From an uncultured Thermoplasmatales archaeon (GTDB lineage: Archaea; Thermoplasmatota; Penumbrarchaeia; Penumbrarchaeales; Penumbrarchaeaceae): a DNA stretch of 64,000 nt. Below the pieces are notes generated by a model that was not told where the DNA came from, did no database searches, and worked only from the letters and a program-made list of their open reading frames with translations. How positions within the stretch are numbered: position 1 is the first letter of the stretch; each line of letters begins with the position of its first letter. Both the position numbers and the translations under genes were made by a program. The DNA lies in NCBI GenBank assembly GCA_964563055.1, contig CAZLVP010000014.1:4537-68536 (forward strand), in the 5' to 3' direction. This document shows positions 56,079-64,000 of the stretch, one piece after another.

Positions 56079-56702
56079 AGGACCGTCAAGGTTGATGGGC
56101 ATACCATCCACCTGTTGGGTACTATCAAAGGCCTCCTCTCGGAACAGGACCTGGTCATAGGGCACCTATCGAAGTTATCTCCGGCCGCTGTGGGTCTGCA
56201 CATAGGTCCCCAGGAACTGAAAGGCCTCCGTTCAGTTGTTGATGGAAAGGTCAGGTCAACATACCTCTCTTCCTACGAGAAGGTCTATGCCCTCAAGCTC
56301 TCGCAGTTCGGGGAGGTCCAGATACCGCCCCCGTCCCTTGTAGGGGCCCTAAGGTGGTCCTTGGAGAACGACGCTCGTGTCATAGCTTTGGACTATTCGG
56401 ACGACGATTACGATAAGGTATATACTGAGACGATAGGCGGGTTTACCCTTGTGAGGCAGTCCCTCAGGTTGAAGTCGCTGAACAGGAGGAAGGTAAAGAG
56501 CACGACGCCCGAGGACTTCTGCCTGGAGTGGGACTCCTGGGTGAACCGGTCCTCCGCATTCAGGAAGCTCGAGAGGAAGAGAGAGCTCCATTTCGCAGAG
56601 AGGATAAAGGCCGTTTCCTCGAAATTCATCCCGGTTGTGGTCGTGGTCGAGCTCGAAAGGTTGGACGGTATAGTCGGGTCTCTCGGGGGGAGAGGCCTTT
56701 GA
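56079..56702 (+). CDS. Possible TraB/GumN-family protein (start uncertain)
   Basis: VDGHTIHLLGTIKGLLSEQ resembles the TraB GTAHVS N-terminal motif. C-terminal PVVVVVELERLDGIVGSL. The longest ORF (from 56010) overlaps the preceding gene. Confidence 0.3.
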   Translation, partial: RTVKVDGHTIHLLGTIKGLLSEQDLVIGHLSKLSPAAVGLHIGPQELKGLRSVVDGKVRSTYLSSYEKVYALKLSQFGEVQIPPPSLVGALRWSLENDARVIALDYSDDDYDKVYTETIGGFTLVRQSLRLKSLNRRKVKSTTPEDFCLEWDSWVNRSSAFRKLERKRELHFAERIKAVSSKFIPVVVVVELERLDGIVGSLGGRGL

Positions 56703-56848
56703 ACGTGAGGTGAGGTCCTGACCTTTGGCCGTTAATCGCCGATATCGATGTACACCAGGGACAAGATAATGTACAAGAAAAGAAATCCAATCCACCGTTC
56801 CCCTGGGCCAAGGTGGACTGCGGGGGACCGAAATAAGGGGTAACGCTC

Positions 56849-59251
56849 ATGACCGGCGATGAGGATGCGGGATATTTCTTCTTCCAGGGACCTTGGAAGA
56901 ACATCTTCCTTTGGCATTTCATGGAGGTCGAGAGGGAAGCGTTCATAGCGACCACGGTCATGGACATGGACCTGCTCCGAAAGCTCCAGTCCATCCTCAT
57001 AGCCAGGGCTGACCGCAAGCTCAAGCTGAGGGTCCTCCTCCGGTTCAGGGAGGACGACCTCCTGAACAGGGATGTGGACCCTGAGACGCTCAGGATACTG
57101 GCCCTTCTTCTTGATGAGCCCAATTCAAAGATAGAGGTCCGCTTCCTCCCCAATCTATCTTTGACGGCCGTCCTCATGGACAGCAAGAAGGCCATAATGG
57201 CCACCGGGGACCTCACCTCGAAGGGGATGACCGAGGACCTGGTCTACGGCCAGCTTGTAATGGGCAGGGATGCGGTCTCGGACCTTGAAGAGGACATGAA
57301 CAAGATGTGGGCCTCTTCGTCCAAGGTCACCCAGGACCAGATCGTAAGATACATGGATTCGGTCAGGGAGAGGCTCCTCATAAGGTCCGCCACGACCTTA
57401 AAGAGCGAGAAGCAGGGGCTCAGCTTCAAGGACACCGAGCACATCTCGCTCGGTAGCCCGGTCCCTCCCTCCGGCAAGGACAGGGGCGAACCGCACCTGG
57501 ACGAAGCGAAGAAGATCACCAAGGAGCTCCTCATTCGGGCAAGGGATGCGGCGGGGAACGGGAAGCTGACAGCGGCCCTTTTCTACCTAGAAGAGGGGTT
57601 GGCGCTCGAATCGGACAATCTAGAGCTCCTTCTGGAGAAGGGAAAGCTGCTCTTCCAGGAGAAGAGGGACATCGATGGCGCCCTTGCATGTTTCGACAAG
57701 GTCCTTGACCAGGACGAGAACAACAGGGATGCATGGGCGTTCTCCGGCATGTGCCATCATGAGAGGAACGCCCTCGAGGAGGCCCTCTATGCCTATGACC
57801 AGGCCACGGACATAGACCCTCAGCATTATCCGGTCTGGATCAAGAAGGGGGCCATCCTTGGAAGGCTGCAGGGAAGGGAGAAGGACGGGGTCAAGTGCCT
57901 AGAGTTCGCCCTCTCCCAGGACCCATATAATGAGGAGGCCTGGTTCAACAAGGCCGCCATCCTTGAGCAGAGGCTCGATATGATGGACGAGGCCGTCCTT
58001 GCCTACAGGTCCCTGCTGAGGATCAATCCCCAGCACGTAAAAGGGGCCTTCCGAATGGGCCTCATATCCTACAAGAAGTTGAACAATCCAGGGAAGGCCA
58101 AACAGTATCTCACCAAGGTGCTGGAGGCTGACCCCACCCATGTCCAGGCCGCGGTCTTCATGAGCGAGATAGCAGAGAGGGTGGACAAGGATTTCGATGC
58201 TGCCTTCGCCCATCTCGATTCAGTGGTCGAGGCCGCCCCTCCATCATCCGAGCTCCTCCACAGGGAGATAGAGCTCCTCATGCGTCACAAGAAGAAGTTC
58301 AAGAGGGCCCTCGAGCTATCGGAGGTCCTCCTATCGCAGGACCCGAAGGACCCGCTGGCGCTCTATGCCTCCGGGCTCGGGGCGCTGAGGCGCGACCAGG
58401 ACCCGCAGAGAGCCCTCGAACAGATGAACGAGTCCATCAGGGCGGACCCGACCTTCAAGCTCGCACTCATATCCAAGGCCAACATACTTGCCGAACATCT
58501 GGGCAGGGTCCAGGATGCCATAACGCTACTGAAGGCCGCCCTCAAGCGGACGGCCAACGACCACGAGCTCTGGATGGAGCTCGGGACGATCTATTTCGAC
58601 CTCCTGTACGATCCCAAGGAGGCCATGCAATGCTTCGAACAGGTCACCAAGCTCGACCCCAAGGGTACAAACGGCTGGTACAACAAAGGTCTCGTGCTCT
58701 CCAGGGGGTTGGAGAAGCACCAGGAGGCCTTGAAATGCCTGGACGAATCGACAAGGCTCGATGACAGTAACGCCATGGCATGGTACGAGAAGGGGAGGGT
58801 CCTGTCCAAGGTCTTCAACATGACCGAGGATGCCCTGAAATGCTACAGGAAGTCCCTATCGATCTCCCCAGAGGACCATGAGGTGCTCACCGCCACTGCT
58901 GTCCTCCTCAGGTCCAAGAACGATATCCAGGGTGCCGTCCAGATGTACCAGAAGGCCATAGAGGCCGACCCCGCCCAGATGGAATCATACCTTGGCCTAT
59001 CCGACATGTATCTGAGGTCCGGGGACATCCCCTCGGTCCACAGGACCCTTGCTGGTGCCCTCCAGGCCGACCCGAGGAACGAACGTGTCTGGCTTATGAA
59101 GGGTGACGCCTTCAGACAGCAGAACGAGCTTGGCAAGGCCCTTGAATGCTATAAAAGGGTGCTCATGGTGGACCCTGAGAGCCAGGACGGACTTGACAGG
59201 AAGACGGCAGTGGAGGCCCAACTGGAAAGGGCATCGTCCAGCGATCGATAG
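56849..59251 (+). CDS. TPR-repeat protein (about 15 TPR units) with an N-terminal ~150 aa domain of unclear, possibly PLD-like, fold
   Basis: Long array of 34-aa W/LG/Y/A/F/A/P repeats (...AWFNKAAIL.., ..GWYNKGLVL.., ..AWYEKGRVL..). N-terminal SLTAVLMDSKKAIMATGDLT resembles the PLD HxKx4D...GSxN strand pattern but lacks H and K. Confidence 0.55.
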   Translation: MTGDEDAGYFFFQGPWKNIFLWHFMEVEREAFIATTVMDMDLLRKLQSILIARADRKLKLRVLLRFREDDLLNRDVDPETLRILALLLDEPNSKIEVRFLPNLSLTAVLMDSKKAIMATGDLTSKGMTEDLVYGQLVMGRDAVSDLEEDMNKMWASSSKVTQDQIVRYMDSVRERLLIRSATTLKSEKQGLSFKDTEHISLGSPVPPSGKDRGEPHLDEAKKITKELLIRARDAAGNGKLTAALFYLEEGLALESDNLELLLEKGKLLFQEKRDIDGALACFDKVLDQDENNRDAWAFSGMCHHERNALEEALYAYDQATDIDPQHYPVWIKKGAILGRLQGREKDGVKCLEFALSQDPYNEEAWFNKAAILEQRLDMMDEAVLAYRSLLRINPQHVKGAFRMGLISYKKLNNPGKAKQYLTKVLEADPTHVQAAVFMSEIAERVDKDFDAAFAHLDSVVEAAPPSSELLHREIELLMRHKKKFKRALELSEVLLSQDPKDPLALYASGLGALRRDQDPQRALEQMNESIRADPTFKLALISKANILAEHLGRVQDAITLLKAALKRTANDHELWMELGTIYFDLLYDPKEAMQCFEQVTKLDPKGTNGWYNKGLVLSRGLEKHQEALKCLDESTRLDDSNAMAWYEKGRVLSKVFNMTEDALKCYRKSLSISPEDHEVLTATAVLLRSKNDIQGAVQMYQKAIEADPAQMESYLGLSDMYLRSGDIPSVHRTLAGALQADPRNERVWLMKGDAFRQQNELGKALECYKRVLMVDPESQDGLDRKTAVEAQLERASSSDR

Positions 59252-59297
59252 GGTCAGATTGATACGGTTAAATACCAATATTATGATGACTTAGGTC

Positions 59298-60032
59298 ATG
59301 GTCGGAGCTTCTGACGGCCCATCGTTCGGGATAGACCAGCTGGACGGTCTCTCGCTCGGGAAGCTCTCCTATGGCTCTCTGGGGCTCCTCTTTGGTCCTT
59401 CCGGGACCGGAAAGAGCACTGTCCTTGCGCATTTCCTTTTCAACGGGGCCAAGCGCGGAGAGAGCTGCTGTCTTGTCACCAACGAGCCTCCTGTTAGGGT
59501 CGCGGGCCAACTCTCAAGGTTCAGGTCCTACGACCCCTCCTGGGTCAAGGACGGGTATATCTCCATTTTCAACCTCCATGACATGCTGGACATGCTGGGG
59601 ATCTCGGAGGAGACCATGGACAAGGACGATATGGAGCTCCTCTTCGACCTGCTGGTCCAGACCATGGACCAGATGGACACGAAACGACTCGTCATAGACC
59701 CATTGAACCCTCTCCTGAACCTGCTCGAAAGGACCGATATGAGGTCCTTCATGAGAGGCCTGAGGAGCGAGGTCCTGGACAGGGGCATGGTCACCATGCT
59801 CTCTTATGACACCCTCGCCCCGTCGGAGATGTGGGCCAAGCAATTGCTCGAACAGGACATGCTGGATGTGATGGTGGCCTTCTCCCGGGTCCGTGAGCAT
59901 GAGGTTAGCATGAACTGTCTCACCATTGAGAAATGGAGGGGCTCGCCACATTCCAGGGCCAGCTATGTGGTGGATATCGGCACTGACGGGGTCATCCTTG
60001 TACCTAAGATAGGCTCGGGCGGGGTGGTATGA
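59298..60032 (+). CDS. KaiC-like RecA-superfamily ATPase (intact Walker A)
   Basis: GSLGLLFGPSGTGKSTVLAHFLFNGAKRGESCCLVTNEPP matches the KaiC/RadA-like P-loop core, with a hydrophobic Walker B strand (RLVIDPLNPL). Confidence 0.6.
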   Translation: MVGASDGPSFGIDQLDGLSLGKLSYGSLGLLFGPSGTGKSTVLAHFLFNGAKRGESCCLVTNEPPVRVAGQLSRFRSYDPSWVKDGYISIFNLHDMLDMLGISEETMDKDDMELLFDLLVQTMDQMDTKRLVIDPLNPLLNLLERTDMRSFMRGLRSEVLDRGMVTMLSYDTLAPSEMWAKQLLEQDMLDVMVAFSRVREHEVSMNCLTIEKWRGSPHSRASYVVDIGTDGVILVPKIGSGGVV

Positions 60033-60611
60033 ATGAGGCAGGAGACCAGGCCTCTCATAGAAGGCGATCCTCTATCGAAAGGGGCCCAGACCCTGGTAAG
60101 AGCGCCCGGTGAGATGCACTTGAAGGTCCTATCCGAGCTTCTGGAAGGTCAGGTCTCCAAGGGTGGTAGGAGGGCGGTCCTCCTTTCCACCCATCACCCC
60201 TATACGGTCCTCCTCAGGAAGCTCCCCATGGACAAGCTCCCGAAGGGAGGTCTGAAGGTGCTTGATGCCATATCCATGGGATATGGGACCGTAACGGACC
60301 CGCAGGAGGGGTTCGTGTTCCTTCAGACACCGGCGACCCTGGAGTCAATGCTCGCGGCCATAGAGAGGGTAAACAGGGAGAAGGGGTCGTTCGAACTCCT
60401 CGTGATAGATTCCCTTGATATCTTCCGCTCTCGGTTCCCGCTCAAGAGCGCTGTGGAGTTCTTCCGCATCTTGCAGGTGAGGATGGCCGAGAAGGATGTC
60501 ACATTCTTTGTCCTGGACCGCTCTAAGGATGCCCCATCCGAACTTTTCTTCGAGCTATCGTCCATGATCGACGGCTCATTGGACCTGTCGAAAGGTGGTG
60601 GACCGGAATGA
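60033..60611 (+). CDS. KaiC-like RecA-fold paralog with degenerate Walker A (likely non-catalytic)
   Basis: Same domain size and position-matched strands (RRAVLLSTHHPYT in place of the P-loop; LLVIDSLDIF in place of Walker B). Abuts the previous gene. Confidence 0.45.
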   Translation: MRQETRPLIEGDPLSKGAQTLVRAPGEMHLKVLSELLEGQVSKGGRRAVLLSTHHPYTVLLRKLPMDKLPKGGLKVLDAISMGYGTVTDPQEGFVFLQTPATLESMLAAIERVNREKGSFELLVIDSLDIFRSRFPLKSAVEFFRILQVRMAEKDVTFFVLDRSKDAPSELFFELSSMIDGSLDLSKGGGPE

Positions 60612-61351
60612 GGGCCTTGGTGGGTGGACAACCGCTCAATGTCATATTGGGAGCGAAGTTGGGTCAAGGGAGCTGCGTGCTGTTCAGGTACGGGCCGGGG
60701 AGCGGTGGGGACCTTTTGCTCAAACAGCTCTTCTCCGACCACAGGGACGATGTCTATTCTGTCATGATATCGACCCATGAGACCGTCGATGAGCTGAGGA
60801 CGTCCATGAAGGCCTGCGATATCAAAAGGGAGCCGGAGATGATATCCCTGGTCCCCGTGATCATCGAAGGGCTGGCGCAGGTCAAGAGGAAGGACCGGTT
60901 CAGGGCCGAAGGTGTCATGGTGACCGACCTTCTTGAGATGACGGGGAAGGCACAGGAAAGGAGGCCTCGGGGGGACCTCAACAAGCGGATGCTCTCCGCT
61001 CTTACCGTGGTCTCGTCCAAGCAGGTCCTACCCTTCAAGCTGGTCCTCGATTCCATCTCGGACCTGGCCGAGCACACCTCGCTCGGGGAGCTCAAACAGA
61101 GGGTGTACATCCTCAAGGAGGCATTGAGGGACAAGAAAGGGACAGCGTTCCTGGGAGCGCCTCTGGGGTGGGACCCCTGGAACGGCAGCGACATGACCTT
61201 GTTCGATGCCATATTGGAGCTCAGGGTGGTCCAGGGCGAAAGAGGGTCGAAACGGGTCCTACGCCTATCCCATATGAAGGGTTCCCCCGACCTGCCCCAG
61301 GAGCTTGAGGTCACTTTCGAGCAGGACGTCCCTTCGGCCCTCTCGGTCTGA
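60608..61351 (+). CDS. KaiC-like RecA-fold paralog with degenerate Walker A (likely non-catalytic)
   Basis: GSCVLFRYGPGSGGDLLLKQLF in place of GxxGxGKT. KLVLDSISDL Walker B-like strand. 4-nt overlap with the previous gene. Confidence 0.45.
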   Translation: MRALVGGQPLNVILGAKLGQGSCVLFRYGPGSGGDLLLKQLFSDHRDDVYSVMISTHETVDELRTSMKACDIKREPEMISLVPVIIEGLAQVKRKDRFRAEGVMVTDLLEMTGKAQERRPRGDLNKRMLSALTVVSSKQVLPFKLVLDSISDLAEHTSLGELKQRVYILKEALRDKKGTAFLGAPLGWDPWNGSDMTLFDAILELRVVQGERGSKRVLRLSHMKGSPDLPQELEVTFEQDVPSALSV

Positions 61352-61420
61352 GGTAATATTTTCGACATGGGATATGTTAACGGTTAACCTTATATCCATG
61401 ATCGGCGGCTCTTTGTTCGT

Positions 61421-61696
61421 ATGAAGGAATCCCCGTTCATGGGGGAGGTCCTAGTTCCCGGTGTCGATCCCTACAACGAGCAGCTCACCGTCGAGGATAG
61501 GTACCTCCCTTTTCAGCAGACGAATTGTCCTGTCTGCGGTTCATCCCATAGCACCAGGTACCGAAAGCTGATGTCCAATAATTCCATGGACAGTGTTCTT
61601 TCTGGCGACCTCTCATTGAGGACTATAATGGTCGTTACCTGCTTGCATTGTGGCCATACCCGTACCGATAGGTTCCGAATGGTCAGGGATGTATGA
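61421..61696 (+). CDS. Small zinc-ribbon protein (CPVCG...CLHCG)
   Basis: 91 aa with two CxxC pairs (NCPVCGSSHST ... CLHCGHTRTD). Confidence 0.3.
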   Translation: MKESPFMGEVLVPGVDPYNEQLTVEDRYLPFQQTNCPVCGSSHSTRYRKLMSNNSMDSVLSGDLSLRTIMVVTCLHCGHTRTDRFRMVRDV

Positions 61697-61698
61697 CC

Positions 61699-62532
61699 TC
61701 AAGGTCCAAGAAGGTCGCTCCTTAGGGACCTGTAGGCCGGTATCTTCTCCCTTACCTCCCTCATCCTGTCAGGGTCCAGTTCGGCTCTTGCCCATCCCTC
61801 CTCGCCCTCCAGTGAGCAGAGGTCATCGCCATACGGGGATACGACCATGGAGCGACCCCCCATCCTGACGCCAAGGTGGGTCCCGCAGGTGTTGACACCT
61901 ATGACGAAGCACTGTTCCTCTATTGCCCTGGCGTGGAGGAGGTGCTCCCACTGGAAGTTCCTGTGCTCGGGCCATTCGGAGGGGTATACCAGGACAGACG
62001 CTCCCGCAATGGCGAGCCTTCTTGCAAGTTCGGGGAACCTGAGCTCGTAACAGACCAGGGGGCCTATGATGGGCCCTGATGTCCTGAAGAGCTTCATCGT
62101 GCCTCCGGCCACCAGATGCCTGTCCTCTCCTGACCTGGAGAACAGATGGGTCTTATCGTAGCTCCCCTCGATCTCGCCCTTGCTGTCGATATGATAGCAT
62201 CTGTTCCGCAAGGACCCGCCCTCGTTCACAAGCTGGGTGTAGATGATATCTATGGAACGATCCCTTGAGAGCTCCTTCATATCCGAGAGGATGCGTTCCT
62301 GGAACGGTCCCAGGGACCGCAGGTCCTTGAAAGGGAAACCTGTGGCGAAGGCCTCAGGGAGGACGGCAAGGTCGGCCCTTCCGTTCTCAAGGGCCTTATC
62401 GAGGAGATGGGCCGCACTTTCAAGGTTCTCCTCGGGAAGGCCGACCTTCGTTGCGGTCTGGAGGATGATGACCTTGAACGGACCGGTCCATCCGGCCAGC
62501 GGGTCCGAGCTCTCAATGGTGGTAGGCCTCAT
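61699..62532 (-). CDS. Carbon-nitrogen hydrolase family protein (nitrilase/amidase superfamily)
   Basis: LPEAF (Glu), Lys region, and VCYELRFPE (Cys) triad motifs. Confidence 0.75.
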   Translation of the reverse strand: MRPTTIESSDPLAGWTGPFKVIILQTATKVGLPEENLESAAHLLDKALENGRADLAVLPEAFATGFPFKDLRSLGPFQERILSDMKELSRDRSIDIIYTQLVNEGGSLRNRCYHIDSKGEIEGSYDKTHLFSRSGEDRHLVAGGTMKLFRTSGPIIGPLVCYELRFPELARRLAIAGASVLVYPSEWPEHRNFQWEHLLHARAIEEQCFVIGVNTCGTHLGVRMGGRSMVVSPYGDDLCSLEGEEGWARAELDPDRMREVREKIPAYRSLRSDLLGP

Positions 62533-62534
62533 CC

Positions 62535-62882
62535 TTACCTCGACAGTTCCGTCAGCTCGGCCAAGATACCGGTCTTGGGAACGAACCCGACCTTGGACTT
62601 TACCAGGGTCCCGTTCCTGTAGAAGGCAAGGGTCGGGATGGACCTCACAGACAGCTTGGCAGGGGTCTTGAAGTTCTTGGTGACGTCGACCTTTCCTATG
62701 GCGACCTTTCCCTTCATCTCCGATGATAGCTGGTCCAGGATGGGTGCCACCATCTTGCAGGGTGCGCAGGATGGGCCCCAGAAGTCAACGATAGCGACCG
62801 GGTACTGTCTCACGAACCCCTCATAGCTGTCATCTGTAAGTTCGACGCACTTGTCTGGCCATTCCATACTACCACCGACCAT
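62535..62882 (-). CDS. trxA: Thioredoxin
   Basis: VDFWGPSCAPCKMVAP active site (WxxxCxPC). Typical ~110 aa length. Confidence 0.8.
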   Translation of the reverse strand: MVGGSMEWPDKCVELTDDSYEGFVRQYPVAIVDFWGPSCAPCKMVAPILDQLSSEMKGKVAIGKVDVTKNFKTPAKLSVRSIPTLAFYRNGTLVKSKVGFVPKTGILAELTELSR

Positions 62883-62954
62883 GATGCATGAAAGGTGAAT
62901 GCTTATTTATGGTTCACCCCTCAAGGATAATAAGCCCGATGCCGTTTTGGGGTC

Positions 62955-63140
62955 ATGAGGTCCCCTCCCGTTTGGGACACGGTCCGTTGCATCAGGTGCG
63001 TTGCGTGCATAGGCAGCTGTCCCTTCGGGGCCATGGCCTTCCGCTCGAACTCCATTTTCATCGACAGGAACAGATGCACAGCGTGCCAAAGGTGCGTCCT
63101 ATTCTGCCCTGAGGGTTGCCTCGAGGAGGGTGTCCAATGA
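62955..63140 (+). CDS. 2x[4Fe-4S] ferredoxin
   Basis: CIRCVACIGSCP and CTACQRCVLFCP motifs. Stop overlaps the downstream ATG (ATGA). Confidence 0.7.
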   Translation: MRSPPVWDTVRCIRCVACIGSCPFGAMAFRSNSIFIDRNRCTACQRCVLFCPEGCLEEGVQ

Positions 63141-64000
63141 GACCGAAGGAGCTCAATGTCCAATGCCTGGTCGTTGGCGCTGGACCGGCAGGGACCGTTA
63201 CCGCCCGGGAGGCCGCTTCCAGGGGGGTCGATGTCCTGGTCATAGAGAAGCGGCCCGAGATAGGGGTCCCGGTGAGATGCGGTGAGGGCCTGAGCATGGC
63301 CACTCCCGAGCTCCTGGGGATCTCTGCGGACAGTGGCTGGGTCGATAATCACATCAGAGGGGCCATCATCCGATCCCCTGGTGGAGGACATGTCGTCCTG
63401 GACTCGGACAAGGCCGGTCCGGAGGTCGGCTTGGTCATAAGGAGGGACGCCTTCGACCAGCTCCTTGCCAGAAGGGCGGTCGATGCGGGGGCACGTCTGA
63501 TGGTCAGGACAGAGGCCCTGGACCTGAGGAGGGAGGCCGGTAAGGCCATAGTTGAATGTCTGTCCATGGGGGGTAGGATGACCGTCCGTGCCGATATTGT
63601 AGTGGCCGCTGACGGTTTCGAATCCCAGGTTGCCAGATGGGGAGGCCTGTCCGGTCCGCTGTCCCCGGTCGATATGGACTCCTGCCTTCAGTACGAGATG
63701 GTCAATGTCGATCTTGATGTGCATCATACCGAGTTCTTCCTGGGACGGGATGTGGCGCCTGGGGGCTATGCATGGTGCTTTCCCAAGGGGGATGACATCG
63801 CGAACATAGGCATCGGTCTGAACGGGTCGAAGCTGGTCCGAAAGGGAATGGTCAGGGAGCACCTGGACCGGTTCATAAAGGGTAACGAGCGGTTTCGTAA
63901 GGGGACCATAACAGAGGTGAATGGAGGGGGGGTATCGGTCTGCCTTCCGCTGGAGAGGACCACCGCAGACAATCTGCTGGTCGTGGGGGATGCGGCCCGG
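63137..64000 (+). CDS. Geranylgeranyl reductase family FAD-dependent oxidoreductase; 3' end beyond the window
   Basis: MRPKELNVQCLVVGAGPAGTVTAREAASRGVDVLVIEKRPEIGVPVRCGEGLS is the canonical GGR N-terminus (GxGxxG plus the RCGEG motif). The frame stays open to the window end. Confidence 0.8.
   Translation, partial: MRPKELNVQCLVVGAGPAGTVTAREAASRGVDVLVIEKRPEIGVPVRCGEGLSMATPELLGISADSGWVDNHIRGAIIRSPGGGHVVLDSDKAGPEVGLVIRRDAFDQLLARRAVDAGARLMVRTEALDLRREAGKAIVECLSMGGRMTVRADIVVAADGFESQVARWGGLSGPLSPVDMDSCLQYEMVNVDLDVHHTEFFLGRDVAPGGYAWCFPKGDDIANIGIGLNGSKLVRKGMVREHLDRFIKGNERFRKGTITEVNGGGVSVCLPLERTTADNLLVVGDAAR

Noticed and set aside
56849-57300. Calling the N-terminal domain of the TPR protein an active PLD nuclease or phospholipase
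   Set aside because: The strand pattern is reminiscent of PLD, but the HxK...D catalytic residues are absent. Only a tentative fold similarity is retained.
62921-63862. 313-aa minus-strand ORF overlapping the ferredoxin and GGR genes
   Set aside because: The plus strand carries clear ferredoxin Cys motifs and the canonical GGR N-terminus. The antisense frame has Pro/Gly/Arg-rich composition typical of a GC-rich non-coding frame.
1-64000. CRISPR arrays, transposases, integrases
   Set aside because: No regularly spaced direct-repeat arrays, and no ORFs with DDE-transposase, tyrosine-recombinase or serine-recombinase motifs, were seen in the six-frame translations.

Overview
Archaeal-type chromosomal segment of about 56% GC with dense coding on both strands. 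Archaeal hallmarks include the str operon (rps12-rps7-aEF2-EF1alpha-rps10-tRNA-Ser), smc-scpA-scpB, hybrid cluster protein, TrmY, a geranylgeranyl reductase with partner ferredoxin, KaiC-like ATPases, and PKD-repeat surface proteins with C-terminal TM anchors. Housekeeping blocks (str operon, SMC/ScpAB, pyrBI, pcp, hcp/HxlR, FtcD) are interleaved with accessory-looking material. This includes a 7TM-ATP-grasp plus Cys-less transglutaminase-like pair downstream of a prenyltransferase-repeat protein, a MacB-like ABC exporter, tandem paralogous double-HTH Lrp/AsnC regulators, a flavodoxin-ferredoxin pair, several giant secreted/anchored proteins (transglutaminase-PKD, S8 protease, beta-helix with Asp-rich Ca-binding repeats), and a TPR protein followed by three KaiC-like RecA-fold paralogs of which two are degenerate. 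Structural oddities: a ~1 kb AT-rich gene-free gap holding a tRNA T-arm-like fragment; a 5'-truncated ICMT-family methyltransferase remnant; a tRNA-Ser(TGA) flanked by partial copies of both its ends; an rps7 with a K/A/P-rich N-terminal extension; and a trmY with no canonical in-frame start. The ORF track shows alternative start codons (GTG/TTG) as M, so several starts were refined by homology. No CRISPR array or obvious transposase was seen.
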